47,426 nucleotides of DNA. Origin: Gammaproteobacteria bacterium. GTDB taxonomy: Bacteria > Pseudomonadota > Gammaproteobacteria > JAADGQ01. Every line of letters starts with the position of its first letter. Within the stretch, counting starts at the first letter, position 1. Positions 8,941 to 18,069 of this stretch are shown piece by piece. Location: NCBI GenBank assembly GCA_013152295.1, contig JAADGQ010000103.1:2381-49806 (forward strand). The letters run 5' to 3'. The notes under the pieces are model-generated. The model was not told the origin of the DNA. It saw only the letters and a list, made by a program, of their open reading frames with translations, and did no database searches. A program made the position numbers and the translations under genes.

Positions 8941-9097
8941 CCGATAAAAGTGCTCACTTGTTTATTACGCCCATACCATAGAGACGCGATAGACTAGCAG
9001 CACCCAAGCAAAATATGAAAAACAGCGATGAAGCTCAGCGCCTAACCGGGCGAGCAAAATGAGGGGGGTTGGAAGAGTGTTAAAAAATGAGGACTGA

Positions 9098-9340
9098 CTA
9101 GCGGCTGCGATGGACAGTCGTAGAGTGCTTCCTCGATACCGAACGCTTGCGCTGCGGACGAATATAGTGTGTTGTATACGAACGCTCGGAGCGCCGCCAC
9201 CAATACACAACGACACCCGCTGTACAGAACAGGGCCGCAGAGATATGCGCGACTGATGAATCAAACTTCACGAACGTATAGATTCCGACGACAAAATATA
9301 GAAACGGCAACGCTTCGTATATCGGTTTAGGAAATGACAT
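9098..9340 (-). CDS. Small two-TM membrane protein (80 aa) with basic tail
   Basis: ATG 9340 follows a GAGGAGGAG SD. Sequence MSFPKPIYEALPFLYFVVG... has two hydrophobic segments followed by WRRSER. Confidence 0.7.
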   Translation of the reverse strand: MSFPKPIYEALPFLYFVVGIYTFVKFDSSVAHISAALFCTAGVVVYWWRRSERSYTTHYIRPQRKRSVSRKHSTTVHRSR

Positions 9341-9360
9341 GCGGCTCCTCCTCTCTAAAA

Positions 9361-10239
9361 TCAGGCCGTGTATCCCTTTAATTTCTCTGCGCTGATAGCC
9401 TCCTGATACTGCTCCGTGCGGTAGAGCATCCCTTTGGTACAACGCTCCATGGTCAGGCACGCTGTTTTTGGCGGCACTGATTCTGACGCGCCAAGGAACA
9501 GGCAGCCCCAAGGAGAGAGGTTTTTAGTCATACGGGTAAGGATATCGACCTTGGATTCAGTGGAAAAATAGATCAATAAATTGCGGCAAAAAATAATATC
9601 GAACATCCCCAGAGAGGCAAATGACCCTAGAATGTTGAGCTCCTTATACGTCACCCGGTTACGCACCTCTGGAATAACTTGCCAACCATCGGCCACCTTA
9701 TTGAAGTAGCGTTTTCTTCGCTCTGCCGTCAATCCACGCGATAGTGCCATTTCATCGTAAATTCCAGCCCTGGCTTCGCTCAACATTGTATTTGAGATAT
9801 CGGTACCCACTATCTCTATTTGTTTAGCTAACAACCCAGGGTTGGCAATCATCATCTCCTGAACCAGAATACTGATCGAGTAAGGCTCCTGCCCGGAAGA
9901 ACTGGCCGCACACCAGATACGTATCTTGCCGCGATTCCTTTTGGAAATTTCAGGAAGCACCTTGTTTTTCAGTGTTTCAAAAGGATAAACATCACGAAAC
10001 CAGTTGGTTTCATTGGTCGTCATCGCGTCGATGACACGCTCATTGAAACGACGGTCAGTGCCGCATTTCAGCCGCTTCGTCAAGTCGCCTACATTGTCAA
10101 TTGAGTACTCAGCCATTAACTTTCCAAGACGGCTGGTGACCAAATATTGCTTACCACTGCCCAGAACAATACCGCTAGCATCCGCAAGAAAGCTTTGAAA
10201 AGCGGCATAATCGTGCGATGAAATTTCCTTATTAAGCAC
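9361..10239 (-). CDS. cheR: Chemotaxis protein methyltransferase CheR
   Basis: IDAMTTNETNWFRD, RIWCAASSSGQEPYS, GTDIS, FDIIFCRNLLIYF and LGASES. Confidence 0.95.
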   Translation of the reverse strand: MLNKEISSHDYAAFQSFLADASGIVLGSGKQYLVTSRLGKLMAEYSIDNVGDLTKRLKCGTDRRFNERVIDAMTTNETNWFRDVYPFETLKNKVLPEISKRNRGKIRIWCAASSSGQEPYSISILVQEMMIANPGLLAKQIEIVGTDISNTMLSEARAGIYDEMALSRGLTAERRKRYFNKVADGWQVIPEVRNRVTYKELNILGSFASLGMFDIIFCRNLLIYFSTESKVDILTRMTKNLSPWGCLFLGASESVPPKTACLTMERCTKGMLYRTEQYQEAISAEKLKGYTA

Positions 10240-10326
10240 TTTCTTGCTGCCTCATGGTTAATGTTGAGATGGTGTGGGTTTCAAATAACTCAGCAATAGC
10301 ACATTAAAACAGAGAGCATATTGTTA

Positions 10327-11292
10327 TCATGCAGCCCGTTCACCTTGAGCGTTGAGACCATCCAGGCACTCAAGCACTGTCTGGGTCAGGTGGTCGGGAT
10401 GGAACTTCGGAATAAATTTATCTGCACCAACCTTCTTCACCATCGTCTCGTTAAAGACGCCGCTTAACGATGAATGTAGAAGAATATACAGATGCTGAAG
10501 GCGCGGATCTTTTTTGACCTCCATGGTAAGCGTATAACCATCCATCTCAGGCATCTCGATATCAGAGATAATCATATTGATTTTTTGCAGCATCGGGTCA
10601 TCGTTCTTGGCCCAGCCTTGTAACATTTCAAGTGCTTCACGGCCATCGCAAGCACTGACACATTTAATACCCACCGTATCCAGAGTACGTTGCACCTGCT
10701 TGCGTGCCACTCGGGAATCATCAATGACAAAGACCAGGCGCTCTTTCTCATCCTCTTGTGCTTGTTCTTCCGCTTTGCGCCCCATCTCCAGCGTCTCTTC
10801 GGAGGGATCAGTGGGTGTACCGATTACCTCGGCGCGTACTTTCTCGACATCGAGCACTTCCACCAGCTCCTCTTCCACTTGAGTCACCGAGATAACATAG
10901 CACTCCATCCCTGCCCCCTTTGGTGGCGGCATAATCTCTTCCCAATTTTTGTTGATGATACGATCCACTGAATGTACCAGCATACCCAGCAGCGAACGGT
11001 TAAATTCAGTCACGATCACAAAGCTGCCTTCCATCTGAGTTTGCTCCGTACCACCAATGGCCATGGCAAGATCAATCACCGGAATAGTTTTTTTACGAAT
11101 AGTCGCCACGCCGCGAATCACCGCACTAGAGTTGGGTAGATGGGTCAAGTCGGGGCAGCGAATGACCTCTTGAACTTTGAATACATTGATGCCGTAACGT
11201 TGCTTTCCTCCAAGACGAAATAGAAGCAACTCCAGTCGATTGTGCCCGACCAGTTTGGTCCGCTGGTTGACGCCATCTAATATGCTACTCAT
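10327..11292 (-). CDS. cheV: Chemotaxis protein CheV (CheW + REC)
   Basis: NRLELLLFRL..YGINVFKVQEV CheW domain and a REC domain with IDDS and SDIEMPEMDG. Confidence 0.95.
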   Translation of the reverse strand: MSSILDGVNQRTKLVGHNRLELLLFRLGGKQRYGINVFKVQEVIRCPDLTHLPNSSAVIRGVATIRKKTIPVIDLAMAIGGTEQTQMEGSFVIVTEFNRSLLGMLVHSVDRIINKNWEEIMPPPKGAGMECYVISVTQVEEELVEVLDVEKVRAEVIGTPTDPSEETLEMGRKAEEQAQEDEKERLVFVIDDSRVARKQVQRTLDTVGIKCVSACDGREALEMLQGWAKNDDPMLQKINMIISDIEMPEMDGYTLTMEVKKDPRLQHLYILLHSSLSGVFNETMVKKVGADKFIPKFHPDHLTQTVLECLDGLNAQGERAA

Positions 11293-11363
11293 AAAACAAT
11301 CCACCTCGCTCGATTCACTTTTATTCCGCTACCGGGCCACCGTGTCGTCAGGCTGTTAACGGC

Positions 11364-11390
11364 TTATCGGCAAAAATAGACGCTACTTGA
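11364..11390 (-). promoter_or_regulatory. Sigma28 (FliA) promoter for cheV-cheR
   Basis: Minus strand TCAAG-N14-GCCGATAA. Confidence 0.8.
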
Positions 11391-11401
11391 ATCTTTTAAA
11401 A

Positions 11402-11418
11402 TCGGCGTGATAATTGCA
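11402..11418 (+). promoter_or_regulatory. Sigma54 -24/-12 promoter for flgA
   Basis: TCGGCGTGATAATTGCA (GG-N10-GC). Confidence 0.65.
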
Positions 11419-11472
11419 GCGTTCCTTTCGTGAGGCTCTATATGCCCTCCCCATAACCTGGAACCCGCTAGA

Positions 11473-12261
11473 ATGGTGCTCACAATAAAAACGATGCATT
11501 GCTACACTGGCAGACACACCATAGACAATCGCAGCAAGTGTAACGGTAACCTTCAACCGATAGCGTTGCGCTACCCATTTATAGTGTTTATAACGCTACT
11601 GTTTTGTTCGACTACATGGGCAACGCAAGGCTACCAATCGCGGCAATCTATCGTCGCCAGCGCGGAAAAATTTGCCGCCCAACAACTGCCAGCCGCGATA
11701 GGAACGGTGGAGGTGAAAGCTGGGCGCATCGATCCGCGCCTTAAGCTCGCCAAGTGCGGCATACCACTAACTACCTTTTTTCCAACCGGCAGTCGACTCA
11801 ACGGCAACACCACCGTCGGCGTTCGCTGCGATGCTCCTAAACCCTGGTCTCTCTATGTTCCCGTACGCATCAAGGCGATGGCAGATGTCGTCGTTGCGGC
11901 ACGTTATTTAGCACGCGGTGAAACATTGAGAGCCGAGGACTTTGTCATTGAGCAGCGGGATATCGCTTCACTGCCACGTGGCTACTTCACCAAAAGCAGC
12001 GCCATAACAGGCAAGTATTTGAAGCGTGCGCTGATGAAAGGCAGCGTTGTCCCCCCTACCGCTATGGCACGGCCCAAATTAATCAAGCGCGGCGAACGCA
12101 TCACGATTATCGCTCAGACTCAAGGTATTGAGGTGCGCATGGCCGGTAGAGCATTAACGGATGGAAGCGCTGGCCAAACTATCCGCGCACGTAATCTTTT
12201 GTCCAAAAAAATTGTTGAAGGAAAGGTGGTGAAAAATGGTGTTTTACGTGTCCCAATGTAA
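11473..12261 (+). CDS. flgA: Flagellar P-ring formation chaperone FlgA
   Basis: DPRLKLAKC, TTVGVRC..PKPWSLYVPV, SAF domain and G.AL.DG..GQ.IR.RN..S.K. The true start may be further downstream. Confidence 0.92.
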   Translation: MVLTIKTMHCYTGRHTIDNRSKCNGNLQPIALRYPFIVFITLLFCSTTWATQGYQSRQSIVASAEKFAAQQLPAAIGTVEVKAGRIDPRLKLAKCGIPLTTFFPTGSRLNGNTTVGVRCDAPKPWSLYVPVRIKAMADVVVAARYLARGETLRAEDFVIEQRDIASLPRGYFTKSSAITGKYLKRALMKGSVVPPTAMARPKLIKRGERITIIAQTQGIEVRMAGRALTDGSAGQTIRARNLLSKKIVEGKVVKNGVLRVPM

Positions 12262-12282
12262 GGAGTAACATCATGTTAAAAA

Positions 12283-12310
12283 TAAAGTTTTCATCTGTTT
12301 TTGCCGCTAG
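12283..12310 (+). promoter_or_regulatory. Probable sigma28 promoter for flgM
   Basis: TAAAGTTT-N12-GCCGCTAG; the spacer is 1 nt longer than consensus. Confidence 0.55.
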
Positions 12311-12339
12311 ATTGACAGTATTCATGGAGATCAATTCGC

Positions 12340-12660
12340 ATGCCCATTGAGATGACTGGACCGCTTTCCGCCCAGCAAAACCGTAACAGTACTGAAGAGG
12401 CCAAAGCAGTCAGCGTTGGCCGCACTCAGCCGACTGCGGCACAACAAGATAACGGCCGCCCATCCAGCGCTGACACTGTTACTGTTACCGATATTGCGAA
12501 CCAACTGTCGGCTTTGGATAAAAAACTGCAAAACGTGCCCGTGGTTGATGTTCAGCGGATCGAACAGATTCGCAACGCGATCGATAGCGGCTCCTATAAA
12601 ATCGATCCCGAACAGACCGCTGACAAATTGGTAGAATTTGAACTGGCGATGGATGGTTAA
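12340..12660 (+). CDS. flgM: Anti-sigma28 factor FlgM
   Basis: DTVTVT...PVVDVQRIEQIRNAIDSGSYKIDPEQTADKL; position after flgA. Confidence 0.95.
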   Translation: MPIEMTGPLSAQQNRNSTEEAKAVSVGRTQPTAAQQDNGRPSSADTVTVTDIANQLSALDKKLQNVPVVDVQRIEQIRNAIDSGSYKIDPEQTADKLVEFELAMDG

Positions 12661-12664
12661 TTCA

Positions 12665-13162
12665 ATGATGACATCGATAGAAAAAACAATTGGTGATCTG
12701 CTATTGCAGCAAAAGCATATGGCCACCACGTTGCTCGCGCTTCTTGACAGTGAGCACACGGCCCTGGCAGAGCGCGATGAGCCTTCTATTACAGCCATCG
12801 CATCGAGCAAGCAGCAAGCGGTCATGCAACTGGAACAGCTCAAAAAACGGTGTGATAACACCCTGAGTCAGCACGGTTTGAGCTCAGGAAAAAACGGCAT
12901 TGAGAGGCTCATACAAAACAGCATGCATACAGCGGCTGAGCGCACCGCGCTCACTCAGCACTGGCAACAGCTCAAGGCGGAGCTGCTGAAATGCCAGCGA
13001 CAGAACCAGATCAATGGCAGTATTATCGCAGCCAATCGCCACCGTACGCGTTGTGCACTGGGCATTCTATCTGCTCAATCGGGCAGTGATGATAACCTGA
13101 TATATGGTGAAAATGGTGAATCATCCATCGCTATGCGTATTACGAACTACCCTAGCGCATAA
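12665..13162 (+). CDS. flgN: Flagellar export chaperone FlgN
   Basis: LLDSEHTAL...K, W..L...L.KCQRQNQING; follows flgM. Confidence 0.9.
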   Translation: MMTSIEKTIGDLLLQQKHMATTLLALLDSEHTALAERDEPSITAIASSKQQAVMQLEQLKKRCDNTLSQHGLSSGKNGIERLIQNSMHTAAERTALTQHWQQLKAELLKCQRQNQINGSIIAANRHRTRCALGILSAQSGSDDNLIYGENGESSIAMRITNYPSA

Positions 13163-13196
13163 TATTCCAGGCAGGGCACTTCAAAAGAGACCGATC

Positions 13197-13913
13197 ATGC
13201 AAGAACCGGAATTTGTCACCACTGCATCTCAAGTCGCCCACCTCCTTACTCAAATTCAGAGCAAAAAGAAACTGCTAACCGCGACACTCGCAGAAAGCAG
13301 TACAAAATATTCTACGGCCCTGCTGGAAGTTAATACCGACGACGGCTATCTGCTGTTGGATGAACTCACCCCAGAAGCCGGGCACAAAAAATTTCTAAAA
13401 ACCAAAAAAATAGTGATTAAAGCGATCTCTCGGGGTGTGCATATTCACTTTTCGACACATCTTGTTAATGTGCTTGATATCTCAGGAATCGCTGCCTACC
13501 AAGTCGCGTTTCCTGAGCAGCTCGACTACTTTCAGCGCCGCCAGTATCATCGCGTCAAGATGCAGATTTACGATCCGCTTCCGGCCCATATCCACACGGT
13601 GGATCGCTCGATACAGCTGAGCGGAGAACTGGTCGACCTCTCGTTGGGAGGGGCCTGTATTCGCTTCAGTGATACAGCACCACCCCTGATTGAAGTCGGC
13701 GATAATTTCAGTTGTCGTTTTCATCTGCCCAACGGTGAAAAAATCAGCGCAAGCATCACCATACGTTCCACCAAAGCCGGAAAAAAAAATGGCCAGCTTG
13801 AAGTCGGTTGCCGCTTCATTCAGCTTGCGTCCTCCACACAACGCGCCATTGGCAAATCCATTATGGTGCGCGAACGTGAGTTGATGAAAAAATCACAGAC
13901 CGCCAAGCGATAG
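13197..13913 (+). CDS. ycgR: Flagellar brake protein YcgR/FlgZ (YcgR-N + PilZ)
   Basis: LLLDELTP N-domain, then FQRRQYHR (RxxxR) and DLSLGG; follows flgN. Confidence 0.88.
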   Translation: MQEPEFVTTASQVAHLLTQIQSKKKLLTATLAESSTKYSTALLEVNTDDGYLLLDELTPEAGHKKFLKTKKIVIKAISRGVHIHFSTHLVNVLDISGIAAYQVAFPEQLDYFQRRQYHRVKMQIYDPLPAHIHTVDRSIQLSGELVDLSLGGACIRFSDTAPPLIEVGDNFSCRFHLPNGEKISASITIRSTKAGKKNGQLEVGCRFIQLASSTQRAIGKSIMVRERELMKKSQTAKR

Positions 13914-13964
13914 ACCTATCCTCATTTTCACCCCATCCATCAGCCGCTCTATTTCAGAATCGGC

Positions 13965-13991
13965 TAAAGATAACAGTAACCAACCCGATAT
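13965..13991 (+). promoter_or_regulatory. Probable sigma28 promoter
   Basis: CTAAAG...: TAAA-N15-CCCGATAT, about 45 nt upstream of ORF 14035. Confidence 0.6.
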
Positions 13992-14034
13992 CCCGTTAGA
14001 CCGCTTACCACAGCCAACCATCTAAAGGTTACTT

Positions 14035-14388
14035 ATGGCTAATATTCCTCTCAATGACATTGCTTCCGGCATGGTTCTGGCTGACGATGTCGCCGATCGC
14101 AACGGGCGAGTGCTATTGCGCAGTGGTGCCGAAATAACAGAAAAGCATATTCGCATCATGAAGACCTGGGGCGTCGTTGAAGCCAACATCGCCGATATCA
14201 GTAAAGAAGATGTTGAAGAAAAAAGTACCGCGCAACTTGATCCGGAGCTATTAAAAGCGGCAGAACAGGAGGCGCAAGAGTTTTTCCGCCACACTGACCT
14301 GGAGCATGAGGTCATTCACGAACTCCATCGGCAGTGGATATTGCGCTACGCTAGTCGCAGCCAACAGCCCACTGAACAACGGCAATAA
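14035..14388 (+). CDS. Small protein resembling the N-terminal module of HD-GYP proteins
   Basis: GMVLADDV.DRNGRVLLRSGAEITEKHI..MKTWGV motif followed by an acidic helical tail. Confidence 0.75.
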   Translation: MANIPLNDIASGMVLADDVADRNGRVLLRSGAEITEKHIRIMKTWGVVEANIADISKEDVEEKSTAQLDPELLKAAEQEAQEFFRHTDLEHEVIHELHRQWILRYASRSQQPTEQRQ

Positions 14389-14396
14389 TAACGACA

Positions 14397-15254
14397 ATGA
14401 AACGTGACCCGCTCGCTCTGGTTAAAAGAACGCTAAAAGTTGCATCACTACCGACAGCTTTCATTAAGGTTGACGAAGCGATCAATAATCCCCGTTCATC
14501 CAACAAACATCTGGCTAACATTATCAATGAAGACGCAGCTATCGCAGCCAAGTTGCTGCGTATCGCCAATAGTGGCTTCTATAGTTTTCCGGCCAAAATT
14601 GAGACGGTAACCCACGCCATCACGATTATTGGCACTCAGCAACTTCGTGATCTGGTATTAGCCTGTTCAGTGGTTGAGATGTTTAAAAATATTCCCGAAC
14701 AGCTGGTTAATATGGAGTCGTTCTGGCGTCACAGTATCGCCACCGCTGTCACTGCACGCATCCTCGCCAACTACCGTCGTGACAATAACGTCGAGCGCTT
14801 CTTTGTAGCCGGACTGCTTCATGATATCGGCAGGCTGGTTATCTTTGCCGAAAGGGCTGAGGAGGCAGGCGCCGCGCTAAACAAAGCAGCAACAAGTCAC
14901 CAACTTCTATATCGCGTTGAGTATGAGCTGTTTGGTTTCAACCACGCGACCCTCGGTGGCATGTTGCTCAAAGAGTGGAACCTCCCGCCTATCCTCGTCG
15001 AAACCGTGAAATATCATCACCACCCCAGCCGCGCCAAGCAGTTTCCTATCGAGGCTTCCCTGGTACAACTGGCGGACCTCATTGCCAATGCAACGAAAAA
15101 GGGCAGCAGTGGTGAACAGTTGGCTCCACAGCTGGATGCAGAGGCGTGGGCGCAGACTGGATTAACCGCGAGCATCCTGCCACCAACGCTTGACCAACTT
15201 GATCGGCAATATGCCGATGCTGTCAACTTTGTATTGGGTGCAGCTGCCGCATAA
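14397..15254 (+). CDS. Stand-alone HDOD domain protein
   Basis: SLP, D.AIAAKLLRIANS.FY, AITIIG, FWRHS, AGLLHDIGRL, FNHA..G..L...WNLP and HH.P. Confidence 0.92.
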   Translation: MKRDPLALVKRTLKVASLPTAFIKVDEAINNPRSSNKHLANIINEDAAIAAKLLRIANSGFYSFPAKIETVTHAITIIGTQQLRDLVLACSVVEMFKNIPEQLVNMESFWRHSIATAVTARILANYRRDNNVERFFVAGLLHDIGRLVIFAERAEEAGAALNKAATSHQLLYRVEYELFGFNHATLGGMLLKEWNLPPILVETVKYHHHPSRAKQFPIEASLVQLADLIANATKKGSSGEQLAPQLDAEAWAQTGLTASILPPTLDQLDRQYADAVNFVLGAAAA

Positions 15255-15311
15255 AAGACGATAGCAGACAACATAAATAGCAATAATAAAGAGCCAAGAG
15301 ACTCTAACGCA

Positions 15312-18029
15312 GTGAACGTTAAAAACGACAGCGCTTGCCATCAAGACAACCAAAAATGCTCGGCACTCCCGGATTCTGTGCACAGCATTACAACGCTTGA
15401 CAGCTCATCAATCCAAGGCGACAGCGCCTATCGTCAGCTCCTAGATGCGTTGAATAGCGTTGCTTCACCGCTTGATTATAGCGTGGCGACCCCATCAAAC
15501 TCTGGTGAAATGCCCTCTGATGAAACACCTTCTGTCGAAACAATTGTCCAAGCAGCGCTGTGCCGAATAAAAACAGCCATATCACTGGATGCCCATGGGA
15601 TGCTTCAGGTTGACGGTGAGAATCAGGATTTTGTTCTGACCCACTGCAATCCATCACCATACCGAGACACGCTACAGCGCGCTGTTGAGATCTGCATCAA
15701 CGATGGTACCTTTGCCTGGGCCATCAGTCAGAGCCGAGCGATCGTAGTACAAACCAATATTGCCACCATCGTGCTGCATACCGTAGCCACCCGTGACAGA
15801 GTACTCGGCATGTATGCCGGCATCACCAGCAACACTGCCGATGAAATCAACGATGTTTCACTCAATTTGCTATCAGTCGTTTTGCATCAAGCTGCCTATG
15901 CCATCGAGAGCAGCGAACTCAACCAATACCTCGAAGAAAAAATAGCGACACGCACTGAGCAGTTGGAAAAAGCCAAAGAGCAAGCTGAAGCGGCGAACCG
16001 TGCCAAATCAGGGTTTCTATCAACCATGAGCCATGAGATACGCACGCCGCTCAACGGCATGGTTGGTATGCTCTCGCTGCTGCAGACCACACAGCTCAAC
16101 AATAGGCAGCAAGAGTTTCTCGATACTGCACTGAACTCGTGTGACAATTTGCTACTGCTGATTAACGATATTCTCGACTTCTCGAAAATCGAGGCTGGAA
16201 AACTAACGCTGGAACAGGTCAACTTCGATCCGCTCAACACCATTGAATCCAGCGCAATTACGTTGGCAGAGCAGGCCTATCAGAAAGGGCTCGAATTAAT
16301 TTTTGAGCTTCCTGCAAGTGCTTCGCTGGCTTTGATTGGCGATCCAACCCGACTCAATCAGATTATTATTAACCTTGTTGGTAATGCCATAAAGTTTACG
16401 GCAGAAGGTACAATCACCGTCAGTGCAAAATTGATGACGGTGGAAAATGACCACCGTGGGCTCTATGTCGAAGTGCGGGATACAGGCATTGGTATCGACA
16501 CCGATGCTCAACAAAATATTTTCAATTCATTTTCACAGGCTGACGATTCAACAACCCGGCGCTATGGTGGTACCGGTCTTGGTCTGGCTATCTGTAAAAA
16601 ACTTGCCACAGCAATGGGTGGTAAGATCGGCATTAACAGCGAATCTGGCAAAGGCAGCACCTTTTGGTTTACTGCCTATTTTAAGGAAACAAAAAGCAAA
16701 GAGGTAAAAAGTGAAGAGCCAACAAATACAAAGGCTGTCGATGCACTAAACAAAAAAATCAATGACAAACGCCTGCTTGTTGTAGAAGGTCAAAATATCA
16801 GCAGCGCCACCATTCGGCATCAACTCACGGGCTGGGGTATTCGTTACTCGTGCGTTGACAGTGCTGACAACGCTATTGAGGCGATCCGAGATGCAAAAGC
16901 AAGGGATTCCTATAACACCGTTATTGCAGACACCGCACTCACCGGGCTCGACAAACTCATCAGCGCCATTAAAAAGGAGCATACAAGTGATGGTGGCGAT
17001 CATTTACTAAAATTAATACTGCTCGAACCCTTCGGCCACGCCAGTCTGTCCGACGAAACAAAAGGTGCGGCGGTACTGACGCTCAGCAAACCGATTATTC
17101 GTTCAAAGCTTTTTGATCGAATTAACCAGGCAATCGGTACACGTAGCAATAATAGCGTTCACGAATTAAATACAGCAAAAACAGCTCTACACGGCAGCGC
17201 TAAACACGCTCTCGATTTCGGCGCCAACATATTGGTGGTAGAAGATAACGATATCAACCAACGTGTTATTGCCTCGATGCTTGGCAGCATGGATTGCGAG
17301 ATCACTATCGCCAACAACGGACAGGAAGCTGTAGAGCTGTTCACCAATAGTGGCGAGTACTATGACCTGATATTCATGGACTGCCAAATGCCAATTATGG
17401 ATGGCTATGCAGCAACGATAAAAATTCGCAACCTGGAAAGAGCGCAACAAACTTCAAGCAATAAAAAAACACACATACCGATTATTGCACTCACCGCCAA
17501 TGCCCTTAACTCCGATGCCGAGCGATGTTTTAAGGCAGGAATGGATGATTTTGTCACCAAACCCTACACCCCTAAAGATATACAAAATGCGCTGTCGCGT
17601 TGGCAGGGGAAAAATCAAGATACGGCACAGCGCACACGGGTAGAGTCACCAGCAGATCTCGAAACTGCACCAACCGATCACATGGGCATCGACGAGAAAA
17701 AGCTGTTGACCCTCTATCAGTTAATGGGGGATGCAGTATTTTCTGATCTGATAAAAACTTACCTCGAGCGTGCCACGCACCACATTGAGTCGTTGGAGAG
17801 ATGCACCACAACAGATGCACTGCAATCACTTAAAATGACGGCACATACCCTTAAAGGAAGCAGCGCTAATATCGGCGCAGAAAAACTTGCTGAACAGTGT
17901 AGTCAATTAGAAATTGCAGTTGCCCAAAGTAACGATCCCTCCGCTGTCAGTAGTGCTATCGCACAGATCGCGACAACATTCGAACAGACGAAAGAGGCAC
18001 TTGAGGAGTTTGCGGAAGAGCAAACTTGA
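15312..18029 (+). CDS. Soluble hybrid histidine kinase (GAF-like N-term, HisKA, HATPase, pseudo-REC, REC, Hpt)
   Basis: MSHEIRTPLNG, NLVGNAIKFT, DTGIG, GGTGLGL, VEDN..DLIFMDCQMP and AHTLKGSSANIGA. No TM segment seen. Confidence 0.93.
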   Translation: MNVKNDSACHQDNQKCSALPDSVHSITTLDSSSIQGDSAYRQLLDALNSVASPLDYSVATPSNSGEMPSDETPSVETIVQAALCRIKTAISLDAHGMLQVDGENQDFVLTHCNPSPYRDTLQRAVEICINDGTFAWAISQSRAIVVQTNIATIVLHTVATRDRVLGMYAGITSNTADEINDVSLNLLSVVLHQAAYAIESSELNQYLEEKIATRTEQLEKAKEQAEAANRAKSGFLSTMSHEIRTPLNGMVGMLSLLQTTQLNNRQQEFLDTALNSCDNLLLLINDILDFSKIEAGKLTLEQVNFDPLNTIESSAITLAEQAYQKGLELIFELPASASLALIGDPTRLNQIIINLVGNAIKFTAEGTITVSAKLMTVENDHRGLYVEVRDTGIGIDTDAQQNIFNSFSQADDSTTRRYGGTGLGLAICKKLATAMGGKIGINSESGKGSTFWFTAYFKETKSKEVKSEEPTNTKAVDALNKKINDKRLLVVEGQNISSATIRHQLTGWGIRYSCVDSADNAIEAIRDAKARDSYNTVIADTALTGLDKLISAIKKEHTSDGGDHLLKLILLEPFGHASLSDETKGAAVLTLSKPIIRSKLFDRINQAIGTRSNNSVHELNTAKTALHGSAKHALDFGANILVVEDNDINQRVIASMLGSMDCEITIANNGQEAVELFTNSGEYYDLIFMDCQMPIMDGYAATIKIRNLERAQQTSSNKKTHIPIIALTANALNSDAERCFKAGMDDFVTKPYTPKDIQNALSRWQGKNQDTAQRTRVESPADLETAPTDHMGIDEKKLLTLYQLMGDAVFSDLIKTYLERATHHIESLERCTTTDALQSLKMTAHTLKGSSANIGAEKLAEQCSQLEIAVAQSNDPSAVSSAIAQIATTFEQTKEALEEFAEEQT

Positions 18030-18069
18030 AAAACCATTTGAAGAACCAAAGGATATACTTAAAACAAGC

